A stretch of DNA of 64,000 bases from Acanthaster planci (GCF_001949145.1 NW_019091356.1:3070713-3134712); one strand, 5' to 3'. Positions 52,123 through 64,000 are shown, numbered from the stretch's first letter. Made by a program: numbers and translations. Notes: generated by a model not told the origin, from the letters alone.

Positions 52123-55100
52123 GTAGATATTCAAAATATATGATTGAGAAAATAACATTAAAGTTAGCATTATTTGGTATTTCCGGTAATGAAACCAAGG
52201 ATTCCTCAAAAGCACCCTCGGCACTGTAGCTCACAAGCCTGAAGAAACCTGTTCTTATCTCATAAGCACAGGATTCTGATGGAAATTGTGAAGAGTAGCA
52301 TCCAATTTCTCGGCCATGTTTGGTCCCATTTCTTAGATCCAAGCCGAGAGAGAGCGGCGAATGGCCGAGGCACTGATGCTGGAGAGGCACATCATGCAGG
52401 CTCGGGCACGCTCCATGGCCGCTGATGAACGAGAGCTCAACAAAGCAGCCGAGGGCTGCGATATCTACCACGACTTGGGACTGCCTCCAGGTACCGTACT
52501 AAAGCCCCCTCCCAGCCCAGATCACTGCTCAAGAACCCGACACAGATCGTTAACAATTTTTCTAATCTTTTTCTTGAAAAGTTTTGTTGCATTCCGATTG
52601 GAATATTGAGTAGCTATGTCTTTAAATTGGCACAAAACTAATGTCCTGTTCTCTTTTTTCAATCAATTTTGCCTAGTGGAACCCAACTTGGAAAACTATC
52701 TTGGACAGCGATTTGCTTCGCAAGCACGGCCTGATAGTACCAGAGGACTATTCCACAGCCGAACCCCCACCCACAGATGCACCAAAAGGTTAGTTAAATT
52801 GTCAGCTGTCGCATTATTTCCTACAAGAATGCTGTCAACGATTGTGAAATGCTATGGCAATCTATCAAAAATACTTATAGCCCGAGGAGGCCAGACAACC
52901 GTAGATCCCACAAAATCTGACGGCTGGTTTCTGTAGGCCCCCTGTGGATTTTCCTTACACCACACTGTAGGGTAACGACCCAAATTTGAACAAGTTGAAT
53001 GTGCCCCTTGCTGGGCGTGGTGATCGATGGGTAATCACGGCTCTAATACCAGGGGAGTCGATGCTTCTCAACTAACCTGCCTCCTCTTTCCTGACCATCT
53101 TGAGCAGCCAGGAGAAAACCAAGATACGCCGAAGCCACCGATGCGTCCAACGTCCGAGTTCACCACACGGAGGATGAGTTCCACATCCATGAGGGAGGCG
53201 GCAAGGAGACGCCGGGAAGCCAAGCTGACCTGGTGAGAAGTCAGCTTGAACCTTGATCCTTTGTTGATGGTAACAAGTAAGAATATTCAAGTCCTGACCC
53301 TCATAATGTCTTCATCCTGAATGTAGTGAAGAGCTGTAAAAGTCAAAGTGTCTCAGCCTCACAGAGAGCACATAAAGATTTTCCATGGAAAAGTTTTTAA
53401 GTAGCTGTGCACATTGTTAGAATCTACATAATATTTGTGTTTCATTTCCTGTCCTACTGTCCCTCAGTTTTTATCCAAGGGTTCAGGCAAGCCCTGGCAG
53501 GGCATGGCCTCGCCCCAGACCAGGGAGCGTCACCGCACCGACCTGGCCATGGTGCACAGCAAGGCAGACTTCCTGCGCAACCCCCGCCACCGCCCGCCCT
53601 CCACCCTGGCTGGCGGCAAGACGCTGGTCAAGCCCAACACGGTGGTGCACAAGCTGGGCGGGGCCAAGTCCAAGGTCGCGGACACGGTGTAAGTCTTCCC
53701 AGTCGAGGCCTGAAAAAAATTGTCAACCGTCCTATCATTCATTGTTGAAATCAGTCCCACATATCCCCACCCCCCTCCAAACTTCCAACCCTATCTTATC
53801 CCTTTCCCAACCGACCCAATCCCATTTACCATCCCTCCCCACCTCCAACCCTAACACCTGCCCTCAAGCCCCACCACACCCAACGCCATCCTCTTATCTT
53901 ATTTTCATCCAGTTGTGACCAATTTTTTATTTTTTTTTTTTCAAAATTCATCAAAAGTTACCTTTACAGTTTATTGAAATTTGTTGAAATATTTTTTCGA
54001 ATTTTGTTGTTTTGGATTTAGCCAAAAGGAGCCGTCCGTCGTCTTCCTTGCCAACCCATCCACTGTGGTATTTACCGAATACCAAGTCGGACGTGTCTAT
54101 GAACTTCCGCTCGAGTTGAAGAATGTCTCTGCGGCAAGTCGACCATTACGAGTCATCCCTCCAAAGACACAGTTCTTCTGTGTCGGGCTGGGTAAGCACT
54201 TTGACATATCGCAAGCAAAGTTTCAAAACCGTAAAGGATTTCTAGATCAGCGCTCTCTTTTGCATAGAGTTTCAGCTTTAGCCAATTAAGCTACGATCAT
54301 TGCTCTGCCAGAACTAGAGAAAACAGAACACAAGTCAATAATAGGGTTGGACTCGAACCCAAGACCTTACGCTTACTAGTGTAGAGGTCTTAATCACTCC
54401 ATCTCCAAGTTTACCTGTGCTGGCTGGCTGCTGTCAATCCAGCAGTAACAGGTGCCATAGTTAGTGTCATCAGCCTGCCCTCTGCTCAGTCCTCCCTGAT
54501 CTAATCTGGTAGCAATCTCAACTCTCCTACCCTAACCACTCCAGGCAAGTTCCCCGGTGAGCAGGGTATCGTGGCCCCGGGCATGAGCTGTCAGTACAGT
54601 ATCCGCTTCATGCCCGACTCCCTCATGGATTTTGACGACGAGGTCATCGTCCAAACCCAGTCCAGTCAGCCACTGGTGGTCCGGCTCCAGGGAAGACGAC
54701 CGCCTCCCGTTTTATCCTGTAAGTTGTCAAGGCTATCAGCCACAACTCTCCAGACAATTACTTAGGAACCTTCCCGAATCTTCCAAAATCCTCTTCGTGG
54801 ATTTTGAAAGATGTAAGACGGAGACAGATTAATACTGCAGTACGAAGAGATTTGTAAGCAGTTATGACAAGGGGTGCGTGGATAACAGACGGTCAGAAGA
54901 AGCAGATGGTCACTAGAAACAATATGTTTTCTTTTGATGCTTTTCTTGCCAGTGTCCAGCGACGTGGAGTGCGGCCACTGCCTGGTCGGGGGCAAGCGCA
55001 CGGTCCAGTTTCTGGTCAAGAACGAGGGGGGCAGTGGTCGCTTTTGCCTTATGCCCCGCGAGAGCTGGCCGACCACAAACTTCAAGGTGAGTAAGAGCCA

Positions 55101-58100
55101 AGACTTACCAGTACAACCTTTCATTCGCCACATTGCATTCAGGCGCTCGGAGAGGGATCTGTCATGCTTCATTCTAACATCGTAAAGTTTTGAATACTGA
55201 AATGTTCTCATGGAGAAACAAATCAGCTGGGATCAGTCAGTGAGTAGTATGTATCACATGGCTCACTGAGTCTCAAAACTTCTTTGCGAATTCAGTACTT
55301 GTGTTTTGGCATCTTCATAAAGATCTAAAATAAACACATTCCGCACATTGTGATCAACATAGGGAACTTCTCCATTTCAGCATTGTTGATGTTGCTGTCT
55401 GAAAGATTCATTCCATTTTTAAAATTTTTTTTCGTCCTGTTCTGCAGTCTGCCACCAACATTGACAAAGTGGACTTGGCGCCATTCGTCATCCAGCCGGC
55501 CATCTTTGAACTTCTCGCCGGCCAGACCATCCCCATCCAGGTCAGTTAGAACTACAGACCAGTAGGCAGACCAGCCCAGGCGAGGGTTCTTTCAAACCGT
55601 AGTTTCATCCGGAAATGGGCTTTAGGAGACTTTAGGCCTCCCACTCGGAGAGTGAGGAGTGAAGTTTGAAACTTGTCCATATACTTGACCAGGAATCCCT
55701 CAACTCCTTAACTGAGGCCTGGATGTGGTAAGGGAATTCCCTGACAATTCTCCAGTCAGTAACAAAGCCAAAGTCCAAGACAATAAAGCTGACATGCAAA
55801 AAGTGGCCCAGATATCCTATGGCTATGAATTCAAAGTTTCTGCCTATAGTTCTCTTCTGTAGGCATCCACAGCCGTAGCCAACAATCACGCAGATTGGGC
55901 TCAGCTGCAGTGTCTCAATGACGCTTGAGGATGTGGGAAACCCATGTTTAACCCTTGGTGCTTTTGTGTCACAGGTGACGTTCACACCAACATCGGTGAA
56001 ACACTTCGCTCGTGATCTGACGATGGTCTGTGATAACTGCACAGTGAAGCATTTCACTTTGAAAGGTACAGATCACTGGAAGTGATATACAAAGGGTATA
56101 TTTGGATTTCTGCACTGCTATAGGTTTCAGAAACCTATGTCTTGTGTTAGCGTCCTGAGGAACCACAGGACATTTTGTAATGGATGCAGGATGCCTCTTA
56201 AGAAAACAAATGGACCTTTAGGATTTACCGCCGTGGACCTTTAAGTTCAGGGTCATTTTGGAGGATTTCGTAGGATTTTGCAGGATTGCGGAAGGTAGAG
56301 CCCAACTGCTACTCTACAGGGGGTGTGATGTCCTTTGATAGTTCAGGTACAAAGGGCAAACAATTGGTTTCTACACATTTGAGGATTTTGAAGGATTCTG
56401 AAACCTTCATAGCAAATCTGACATTGGAATCATTGTTGACCTCCAAAGTTTGCACCAAAACAGGATGTTCCATGGCTTGTCCCCACTGTTAATGCCCTTT
56501 ATACGGCTTCCTTGTGTCAAAGGCGAGGGCCAGACAGCAGGGGTGGAGTTAGCTGCGGTGAGTGATGGTGGGGAGAGGCAACCCGCCCCAGGGGAGTTGT
56601 GTGATGTCACGGCCCAGCACCAGATCCGATTCGACCCCATCAACCCCATGACCTTCACCACCAAGCAGCTGACCATCAAAAACACTACGTAAGCGAAACT
56701 CTCCTCTCCTGTTTTGATCAAACCAGTGTCAAGCATTGAAACCCAAGCAGTGCTCAGCGCTGAATAAGCCGTGTCGGAATCAACTGGCTGTGGCTTGGTT
56801 TAGCGCACGCCTTTATGGGAAGCGGCAGCAGCCGCTAGCTGCATAGTGGCTTCCAAAACACACGTGCTATTTCTAGTACTTAGTTGTGCACCGTCATGTG
56901 ACTTTTGCTGCTTCCATCAGGCCACCCAACCATGGCTTTCTTGATCCCTCAGGAACGTGGAACTGCCCTTCCATTGGGAGATGCTGAGGCCCCACTTTGA
57001 GTGCCCCGTTCAAGAGGAGGAGAGCGGAGAAGTCTTGGGGGGAGGCGCCATCCAGCGACTGAAGGACGAGACTAACACCTTCTGCATCAACCCGGACAAA
57101 GGGGTGCTGCCTCCCCAGGGGGTGTGCAAGGCTACGGTGGCATATGCCCCCACCGAAGTAAGTCATGTCCAAATATTGTGGCTGAGGCTGAAAACACGCG
57201 TGTGCCCGTAGAAGCCTGCAGCTAGTGGCTTCGTGCTTTTTCACATAGACACATGAAGTATTTCTAGCCCTAGCCAAACAATTTGTTAAAATACCAAGGG
57301 CCAGTTTCATGGTGTTTCTCAGACAGAAGAATCATGCTAAGCAGGGAAGAGACCTGCTTAGTGACATGAAGTAGCATGCAACTGCAGCATTCTATGCGTG
57401 GGCCTGTTGTTGGTATTTTCATAGACAATTCATGCAGGCTTTCCTGACGGGCACCACGCAGAACTACACCCACAAGTATACCATTCCCATCGACAAGTGC
57501 GGCTTTGAAAATTATTTTTCACTTCAATTTCAACTTTCCTGAAAGTGACTGTGGTCAGAGAGTGGTGGCTTGGTCCCCAAAAGAATGATCGTGCGTATCT
57601 TTCCCTGTGGCGGCCCCTTTTCCAGATTGGCCCCTCCCACAGCGTCCTCCACCTTGTCCTCAGGGAGGTGCCCAAGGACCGCCAGCTCTCAGCCACGTCC
57701 TCCAAGAGCGACAACGGTCGGGAGGAGGAGCTGACGCCCAACGGCCGCTCGGCACGGCGCAGTGGGGCGGTACAGGTCTCGGACATAGTCGGCTTGGAGG
57801 TTGAGCTGAAGGGAGATTGCGAGGAATTCCGAGTGACCATCGAACCCTACGCTATCTTTGTTCCTGGAAAACTGCTGATGTCCACCACCATCAGAAAACC
57901 ATTTAAGGTATCTTCACCTTGGGACATTTTTCTGTGCCTTTGGGCAATGCAATAAGCATCGTCGTTTCGTCATCAAGAGTCGTTTCACAAGCTCGCAAGA
58001 AAAAATGTACTGGAATGAAATTTGAAACTGCCCCTTACTTACCAGTGCTTTTCAGTTCAGTTACTCTCAACCACATTTCCTGATTGCTTCAAAACTTATC

Positions 58101-61100
58101 AACTCAGTCATTGATAGTGTTGAGAATAAACTACCCACAAGCCTCCACCATGCAAAGGTTCAAATCCTACTAATCTTACTTAGTGTTGAGAATGACTGAA
58201 AGAAATTGAAAATATGTCAGACTTGTAGTAATATGTTGCATGAATTGCTGTACTTTATGGAGAATCTTAGTGGTCAGTGATGTTGAGAAATAGAAACTTA
58301 TTACATTAATGTAAGGTACAAATACTTTATGCTTTCAAGCAATTCAATATGTTAGAGCTATAGTATTTTGTGCTGGTAGAGATATCTTGGTGAAAAATCG
58401 ACCGAGAGTAGGTGTTGTAGAAACGTGGTTGATTCTTCCCTCGCAGATGATCAACCACAGCAAGTTCCCCGCCTACTTCACCTGGACCAATCACAGCGCA
58501 GGCCACATCATCGAGGTGGAGACCCCCCAGGGCAGCATCGCGCCCGAGTCCAGCGTGGAGCTGGAGCTGGCCGTCTCGGGGGCGCGGCCGGGCCGCATCG
58601 ACCAAACCCTACGGTGTCGCATCCAGCACCAGGAGCGCACGCTGCCCCTGCGGGTGGTGGCTGACATCGGGGGACCTCGGGTGCTCATCGACACCCCGGC
58701 TGTGGACTTCGGCCTGGTGCGGTTCGGAGAGACCTCAGCCAAGGAGCTTCATCTGCGGAATGCATCCCAAGTGGCAGCATCCTGGCATCTGGAAGAAAGT
58801 GAAGAGTTTAAGCTGAGAGACCTCCAAACTGGAGAGGTATTTGCCTCCTCAGACGCTATAAAACTCAACTTAAAAACCACCAGAAAAGCTGACGAAGTCC
58901 ATTGTTTCATTTTCTGTATTCATCCAAAAGTGAAATGGTAAAACCTTCTTACAAAGTGCCTTTCTCACCTGTTACAAATTTCAGGCGTACTGGAAGGCAC
59001 CTATGTTAGCACATCTGTAATTTCATAAGCCTTAAAACTGAAAAGATTAGAACCTACCAACATCATGGAAAATGTTCTTTCTTCTCAACTTTAGACCATC
59101 TCTGAGTTCACATTGACACCCTCCTGCGGCGACCACCTTCCTCCGCTCGGGTCAAAGATCATCAAGGTCACATTCAAGCCTGTCCAGTGCCGCCGGATTC
59201 AGAGCGTGTTTGAGTGCAAAGTCACCGACGGGAACAACAGGTGATTTTTTTTAAGTCAATATTTGCTCTCTGTAGAATCTGCACTTTTGATAAATTAATT
59301 AATTGACAAGTTTCTTTTGAGCTGGACTGAAGTAAGTTTCTTCCTTTTTGTCGGCACTTTTTACCAGTTTTATTGGGGTCCGTGCTGATGTACAACACCC
59401 TCAGGCCTGCCTGGCATCCTGTCAACTGACCATGGATGAGGTCTACGTTGGTGTGCCAATAACCAGGGAAGTGACCATCGTCAACCAGACGCTACTGGCC
59501 GCCAATTTCTGCTGGCAAGAGGTCAGTGTTACATATGGCTGTAGATATGTAGATTAGTGACCCTGGGTCAGGGGTCATTGACCCACGTCAAAGGTTGTGC
59601 CACTGGCCACAGTAGACCTAAAGCATGTTGACGTCACGTATTGTTTACAAGTGTGCTTTCCTATGGAGGCTCAATGGATCGCATCCCACCTCACTGCTAT
59701 AGGAGAGCACACGTGTAAACAATATGTGACGTCAGGATCGGTTATAGGTCTATTTGGCCGAGTCTGAAACAGACTTGCTGTGTTTGTTGTTAGTAAATGC
59801 CTGCGTATTTTCAACCAGTAAAAGCATAGGCCTGGTTCTAATTAGCACAAGACTTGAACAAGGCCCAAGATATCGAGATAATATACCAACTAGGATCTCC
59901 CATGCAGCACAAGACAATAAAACTACCATGTTGGAGTGTTTGTTGCTTCTCATTTGACATTGAGGAAACTATGTTCACAACACGGAATGACCTTGGGCAA
60001 TTAACAAGTTTGTGTCCAATGATCTTTGACAGCCGCAAGGTTCTCAGGCTGAAAAGTGCCGGGTGACCTTTGACCCGCACCAGGGACGTCTCCAACCCAG
60101 AGAGAATTTGAAAGTTGCCGTCACATTTGTGGCCAACACACAGGTATTTAGAAATTGTATTCACGGTTTGTTGGTTTTTTTTTCAAACCTCGTTCTGTTA
60201 CAATAGTACCACCGTTGGAATTTCATCACACAGTCGTATTTTGTTTATTTTTCAAAGCCAAATAGAGGCGTTGATATTCTTATTATCTCTGCTGAGTGGT
60301 GCTGAATTATATATAAACTCTTTTTTTTAGGGGAAATGGTGGATTTGGTAAGCTCCCAAAAGTTAACACATTGGGTAAGGTCCTTTGCGAAGATTCGTGT
60401 ATTGGAGATGCGTCTCTTTTGCCCACAATGCACAGGGTTTGCTTGACAACGTGAAGATTCCATGTTACATCGAGGGGATGGTTGCCCCACTGGTCCTGGG
60501 TCTGTTCACCGATGTGAGGGGTCTCACCCTGACCTATAAGACCCCCAACCCGGACAGCGAACAAGGGTAAGCTTGAAGTTGTTTGGAGACTGCTCGTAAG
60601 ATGTCTGTTTGTCAGCTTGTCAAAAGATTCTTCTGGGTGGGTGTATGACGACAGTGATGTTTCAAAGTGTTGACATCTTGAGAACGGAAGTCATTGTCTG
60701 GAGCATGCACAGATCTAGGCGCAGTATTAGAAATAGAGGGATGTTACGGAACGTGCAGGGCCATGGCCCTCCTCTATTAACCTTTGGTATTCCGGTATTT
60801 TGAACAAATATAGCCCTGCCACATGATGGAAGAGATTGGAATTGATCAAGTTTCCTTTGTTTTACTTGCTTGCTTTTACCAAGTATGGTTATGATTTATA
60901 AAAAAATCAAAGGGAGTATGTGCCATTTTTTTTATACTTTGGCTTGTGTTTCTCTCGGATTTAGGGAAGATAATCTGTTGTTGGACTTTGGCAAAAAGGT
61001 GGAGCTCGGCTCCACCCCCAGCCGGGTAGTTCATGTCACCAACCACACAGCCATCACCGCACCCTTTCACATCATCCTGGAGCATTTCGGATCGGCTAAG

Positions 61101-63853
61101 CCCCCCACGCCACCGGACAAGGACAAAGAGGCCAAGGATTCCTCCAAGAGGTGCAACGCCCATTTTTTTGGCGGGGGGGGCAAGGATCAGTTGGGTTGGT
61201 TCGGGTTCAGGGCTACTGGAATGCGTGGGTTGGACTGGACTCGCACTGGGTTCTGCTGGGTTGGGTTTGAGTTGGGCTGGGTTTGGGTCTAGCTGCAAGT
61301 TTTTCTCCTGTTGCATACAATTGGGCTAGCTTGGGCGTTGTTCAGACTACCCTGCTTTGAATTGAAACTTTGCCAGAATCTAGGATCTCGATCTTCTAGA
61401 AAAATTACTAAATATTCTTCATCAAACGACCAAAGTCAACAAAGAATAGAAGAGGCAAATCCGGATTAACTTTTTAACCATGTCTACCACTGAATGTCAG
61501 TAACTTATTCAAGCCGAGAGGGGCTTGTGTTGCCACTACGTGTATATAAATCTGATCTTCTTCGTTCACCTTACCAGACGTGGTTTGCTGAATCGTACTT
61601 CCAACCTGGCTGACCCACAGAGCCGCACTCCCTCCCAGATCCAGGCGGACTACGCCAAGGCCGTGCTGCGCGATGACCGCGGCGCAGCGTTGGTCGTGTC
61701 CCCAGCCTCTGGCGTGCTGGAGCCGTTCTCGGAGCTGGAGGTGCGAGTGACGGCGTTCAGCGACATGTGGGGGCGCTACACGGACAACCTCATCTGCAAG
61801 GTGGGTGCCGACTTCCATTGTTGCTTGAATTTTGGGCTTTAAAATTCTTTTTCTTTTTCATTTTGTCAGATGTATTGGTAATTCCCCAATCCACAAGTTT
61901 TAATATTCAAATAAACAAGATAGAACAAAGGCTTTGCATGGAAGCCATCTTGCAGGGCAGTTCTTTGTTCCACAGGGAAACCTCCTTTGTGCATACCTTG
62001 TGGAACAAAAGCACTGGCCCACAAGATGGCAACCATGCAAACCCTCTGTTGGCTTTGGCTAGGAGTAATACGCAGTCTATGGGAAAAGGCGTCAGCCACC
62101 AGTGGCTCCTGTAGGAATGTGTGTTTCCAGGCACACCCTCATTTAAGACAAGGACCTTGTAATTTTCCCATGTAGTGTTATATTTGTTTTCCAGTATAGG
62201 GTGGTTGTTACTGTTTGGTTTTTGGGTCTGATCTTTTCCCGCCCCCAGGTGGCAGATTTGCCCCCAGTTGTAATCCCTGTGGTCATGACGGTCACTGGGT
62301 GTCCACTCTGTTTCTCCATGGCCACTCTCAAGGGTCAGCTTCCTATTGTGAGATTTGGGACGCACGTGGCCGGCCTACCTCCGGTCCACCGACCCCTGAA
62401 GATAAGAAACAACAGCCCCTGTGGTAGGTTGAGAAAAGTTTTTGGTTACTTCATATACGTAAATAAATTGACTGACAAATCCAGCGTCGTCAATTTGGAA
62501 GAATATCTTCTTGCTCACAGTTTGCACACTCTATGGGGGATTTTGTCATTTGAAAATTGTAGATATCCGACTGGACTGGCAGATCTTCAACCTGGTGGAA
62601 AACGATTCCAAGCTTCTTGACCTAATCATCAACATCGGGGAACCCTTCCCCCTCCAGGATAAGAACGGCGAGGAGATAGTGCCCAATGCTGCTCTGCCTG
62701 CCGCTATTGAAATAGCAGAGGGAGGTGGCAGCAGTTCGACAGCCACCGAGTCGACCACGCAGCCGGGTCTGCTGCAGAAGGTCACAGAGGAGTTGGAGAG
62801 CAGCTGCCAGGAAGGCCTCGGGTCGGAGGCCAGAGGTCAGATGATAAAAGTTGTCATGCGAGAGCATGAAGGTGAACCGGCCGAGAACGGACCATTCACT
62901 GTCAGCGACAAACAGATGGTAAGCCAGGTGCAGTTTGGGAAAGCTACATTGTCGAGACTGAATTTGAATGGAGTTGTATGTGTACATAATTATGGGATGA
63001 AATTACGTGACAACATAGTTGGACGCTGATTGTCGGATTGTATTTTCAGATGTACAGTTGTACCTGTCTGTGCACCGAATTGCTTAAAATTGCTCTTGGA
63101 AAATCGCATTTGTGCAAAGAACAGATTTGTACCGTTCCATTACAGTCGAAAGAACATCACCAACAGATCCAACTTTAATCTGGAGGGATACCCTTTGATC
63201 TCTGACCTCAGGTTATTCCAGCCCGCGGCAGCCTGCAGATGGCCGCCTCCTTCAACCCACGGATGAACTCGATGACTCTGAGGGGGGCCGACTGGATCGG
63301 TTACGGCCTGGGCTTCATGAGTCTGGACAGCGAGGGGGATAGACAGGTCACAGGGAAGGTGTCACGTCCACAGGGCTACGAGATGATGCCACTGCGGTTG
63401 GATTTCACAGCCTACCTGAAGCCGGCTCTGTAAGTGGTGATACTTTGGAAAGCCTGATGTTGATGTTGCCAAGTGGTATCAAAACCAACAAGAGCATTTC
63501 GGAGTTGTGAATCGGTCTTGCCTCTTCTCTTTCCGGAAAGGTTGACGGTTGAAACGGCTGATGACGAGGGCATGCACTACCATACAGCAGCGAGTGACCT
63601 CTTGGACCCCCAGGACCGGGCTCGTTTCCGATCCCCCTCCAGCAAGAGCCGGGCGGCCAACCTGACCAATGCCACCCAGACGCCGCTGACCTTCCGTCTG
63701 GTCACCCCAAGGCCGTTTGAGCTGCTCAGCACCGAGCCAGGATCTGGGAACCAGTCGTCACGCTCGGCAGCAACCAGCTGTCCCATCAAGAACCAGTCGG
63801 CCGTGTGCCGGGGCGAGCAGATGCTGGGCCTCCCACCCCAGAAGAATCTCCAG
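51904..63853 (+). CDS. DLEC1: Deleted in lung and esophageal cancer 1 homolog (DLEC1/CFAP81, ciliary central-apparatus protein); 3' partial; one frameshift in exon 3
   Basis: 24 exons: 51904-52122, 52337-52490, 52677-52788, 53108-53232, 53480-53688, 54022-54191, 54545-54718, 54953-55086, 55448-55540, 55975-56065, 56523-56688, 56953-57157, 57626-57907, 58447-58836, 59095-59240, 59368-59521, 60033-60143, 60436-60566, 60965-61150, 61578-61800, 62249-62423, 62563-62918, 63212-63429, 63541-63853. Motifs recognisable as DLEC1: [93 protein letters not shown]. Confidence 0.93.
52181..52252 (-). mobile_element. 5'-truncated copy (tail only) of the SINE at 2524-2788
   Basis: GGTAATGAAACCAAGGATTCCTCAAAAGCACCCTCGGCACTGTAGCTCACAAGCCT closely matches 2524-2596. 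Confidence 0.75.
52337..52490 (+). CDS. DLEC1: DLEC1 exon 2
   Basis: [15 protein letters not shown]...LGLPP. Confidence 0.9.
52677..52788 (+). CDS. DLEC1: DLEC1 exon 3 (112 nt, contains +1 frameshift)
   Basis: Entry frame VEPNLENY; conserved [17 protein letters not shown]...APK lies in the +1 frame. Confidence 0.8.
53108..53232 (+). CDS. DLEC1: DLEC1 exon 4
   Basis: [13 protein letters not shown]...SQADL|gtgaga; phase 1-0. Confidence 0.7.
53480..53688 (+). CDS. DLEC1: DLEC1 exon 5
   Basis: [13 protein letters not shown]...GGKTL. Confidence 0.88.
54022..54191 (+). CDS. DLEC1: DLEC1 exon
   Basis: [21 protein letters not shown]. Confidence 0.92.
54343..54400 (-). mobile_element. Degenerate tRNA-derived SINE head
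   Basis: Minus strand ...AAGGTCTTGGGTTCGAGTCC (B box) with weak A box. Confidence 0.5.
54545..54718 (+). CDS. DLEC1: DLEC1 exon
   Basis: [17 protein letters not shown]...RPPPVLS. Confidence 0.93.
54953..55086 (+). CDS. DLEC1: DLEC1 exon
   Basis: ECGHCLVGG...[12 protein letters not shown]. Confidence 0.92.
55448..55540 (+). CDS. DLEC1: DLEC1 exon
   Basis: [17 protein letters not shown]; phase 0-0. Confidence 0.88.
55975..56065 (+). CDS. DLEC1: DLEC1 exon
   Basis: VTFTP...[14 protein letters not shown]. Confidence 0.9.
56523..56688 (+). CDS. DLEC1: DLEC1 exon
   Basis: [14 protein letters not shown]. Confidence 0.9.
56953..57157 (+). CDS. DLEC1: DLEC1 exon
   Basis: NVELPFHW...[12 protein letters not shown]. 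Confidence 0.9.
57626..57907 (+). CDS. DLEC1: DLEC1 exon
   Basis: HSVLHLVL...[10 protein letters not shown]...RKPFK. Confidence 0.9.
58447..58836 (+). CDS. DLEC1: DLEC1 exon
   Basis: MINHSKFP...VDFGLVRFG...LRNASQ. Confidence 0.92.
59095..59240 (+). CDS. DLEC1: DLEC1 exon
   Basis: [15 protein letters not shown]...VTDG. Confidence 0.88.
59368..59521 (+). CDS. DLEC1: DLEC1 exon
   Basis: [10 protein letters not shown]...YVGVP...NQTLL. Confidence 0.9.
59613..59752. repeat. Palindromic MITE-like element (TAGACC...GGTCTA)
   Basis: ~37-bp arms TGACGTCACGTATTGTTTACAAGTGTGCTTTCCTAT / ATAGGAGAGCACACGTGTAAACAATATGTGACGTCA. Confidence 0.8.
60033..60143 (+). CDS. DLEC1: DLEC1 exon
   Basis: [15 protein letters not shown]...VTFVANTQ. 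Confidence 0.85.
60436..60566 (+). CDS. DLEC1: DLEC1 exon
   Basis: [15 protein letters not shown]...GL. Confidence 0.88.
60965..61150 (+). CDS. DLEC1: DLEC1 exon
   Basis: LLLDFG...[10 protein letters not shown]. Confidence 0.88.
61191..61290. repeat. Degenerate (TGGGT/TTGGG)n pentamer tract
   Basis: Repeated GGGTT/GGGCT/GGACT units. Confidence 0.6.
61578..61800 (+). CDS. DLEC1: DLEC1 exon
   Basis: GAALVVSP...[13 protein letters not shown]. Confidence 0.92.
62249..62423 (+). CDS. DLEC1: DLEC1 exon
   Basis: VTGCPL...PIVRFGTHV...NNSP. Confidence 0.92.
62563..62918 (+). CDS. DLEC1: DLEC1 exon
   Basis: DIRLDWQ...GEPFPLQD...HEG. Confidence 0.92.
63212..63429 (+). CDS. DLEC1: DLEC1 exon
   Basis: VIPARGS...[10 protein letters not shown]...PLRLDFTA. 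Confidence 0.9.
63541..63853 (+). CDS. DLEC1: DLEC1 exon (last in window)
   Basis: LTVE...[13 protein letters not shown]...LPPQKNLQ|gtaagt. Confidence 0.9.
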
Positions 63854-64000
63854 GTAAGTGAATTTCCAATCTGCCTTGAGCAGCACAACCCGTAATCGAT
63901 TAAAATGGACCCTGTTGGTGAGGAGTGTTGATAGCAACGCGACCGTGACATGTGCCTTTCATAGTTTGTGAATCAGCGAAGTGCAGTTCCCACCAAAGGA

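Noticed and set aside
53027..53236. ORF-track protein MGNHGSN... as the DLEC1 exon frame
   Set aside because: Splice phases and the PRYAEAT motif support a different frame for 53108-53232.
1..64000. Autonomous transposon, viral insertion or horizontally acquired prokaryotic system
   Set aside because: No long intronless ORFs outside the three host genes, and no RT, transposase, integrase or operon-like structure.

Overview
This is intron-rich animal genomic DNA, most likely from a marine invertebrate. The frequent TACATGTA/TAGGCCTA motifs and palindromic MITEs suggest an echinoderm-like deuterostome, but that is inference only. Three multi-exon genes were reconstructed by hand from GT-AG boundaries with matching phases. 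(1) The 5' half of a PKD1L1-type polycystin lies on the minus strand (~1-27.1 kb; WSC domain, ~15 PKD/Ig-like repeats, start of the REJ module). Its 3' end runs off the window and its start codon is unresolved. (2) A complete sterol O-acyltransferase (SOAT1/ACAT, MBOAT family; 12 coding exons, ~580 aa) lies on the minus strand at 33851-46104, with a probable ~3 kb 3'UTR. (3) DLEC1 (CFAP81) lies on the plus strand from 51904 to beyond the window end, head-to-head with SOAT1 across a CpG-rich interval. Introns contain tRNA-derived SINEs, a four-copy MITE family and many hairpin elements. The most notable observations are a single +1 frameshift in an otherwise intact DLEC1, the PKD1-like ectodomain on a PKD1L1-like protein, inverted MITE copies bracketing the first two SOAT1 coding exons, and a ~60-aa low-complexity insertion in SOAT1. 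I found no evidence of a wholly new multi-gene system.
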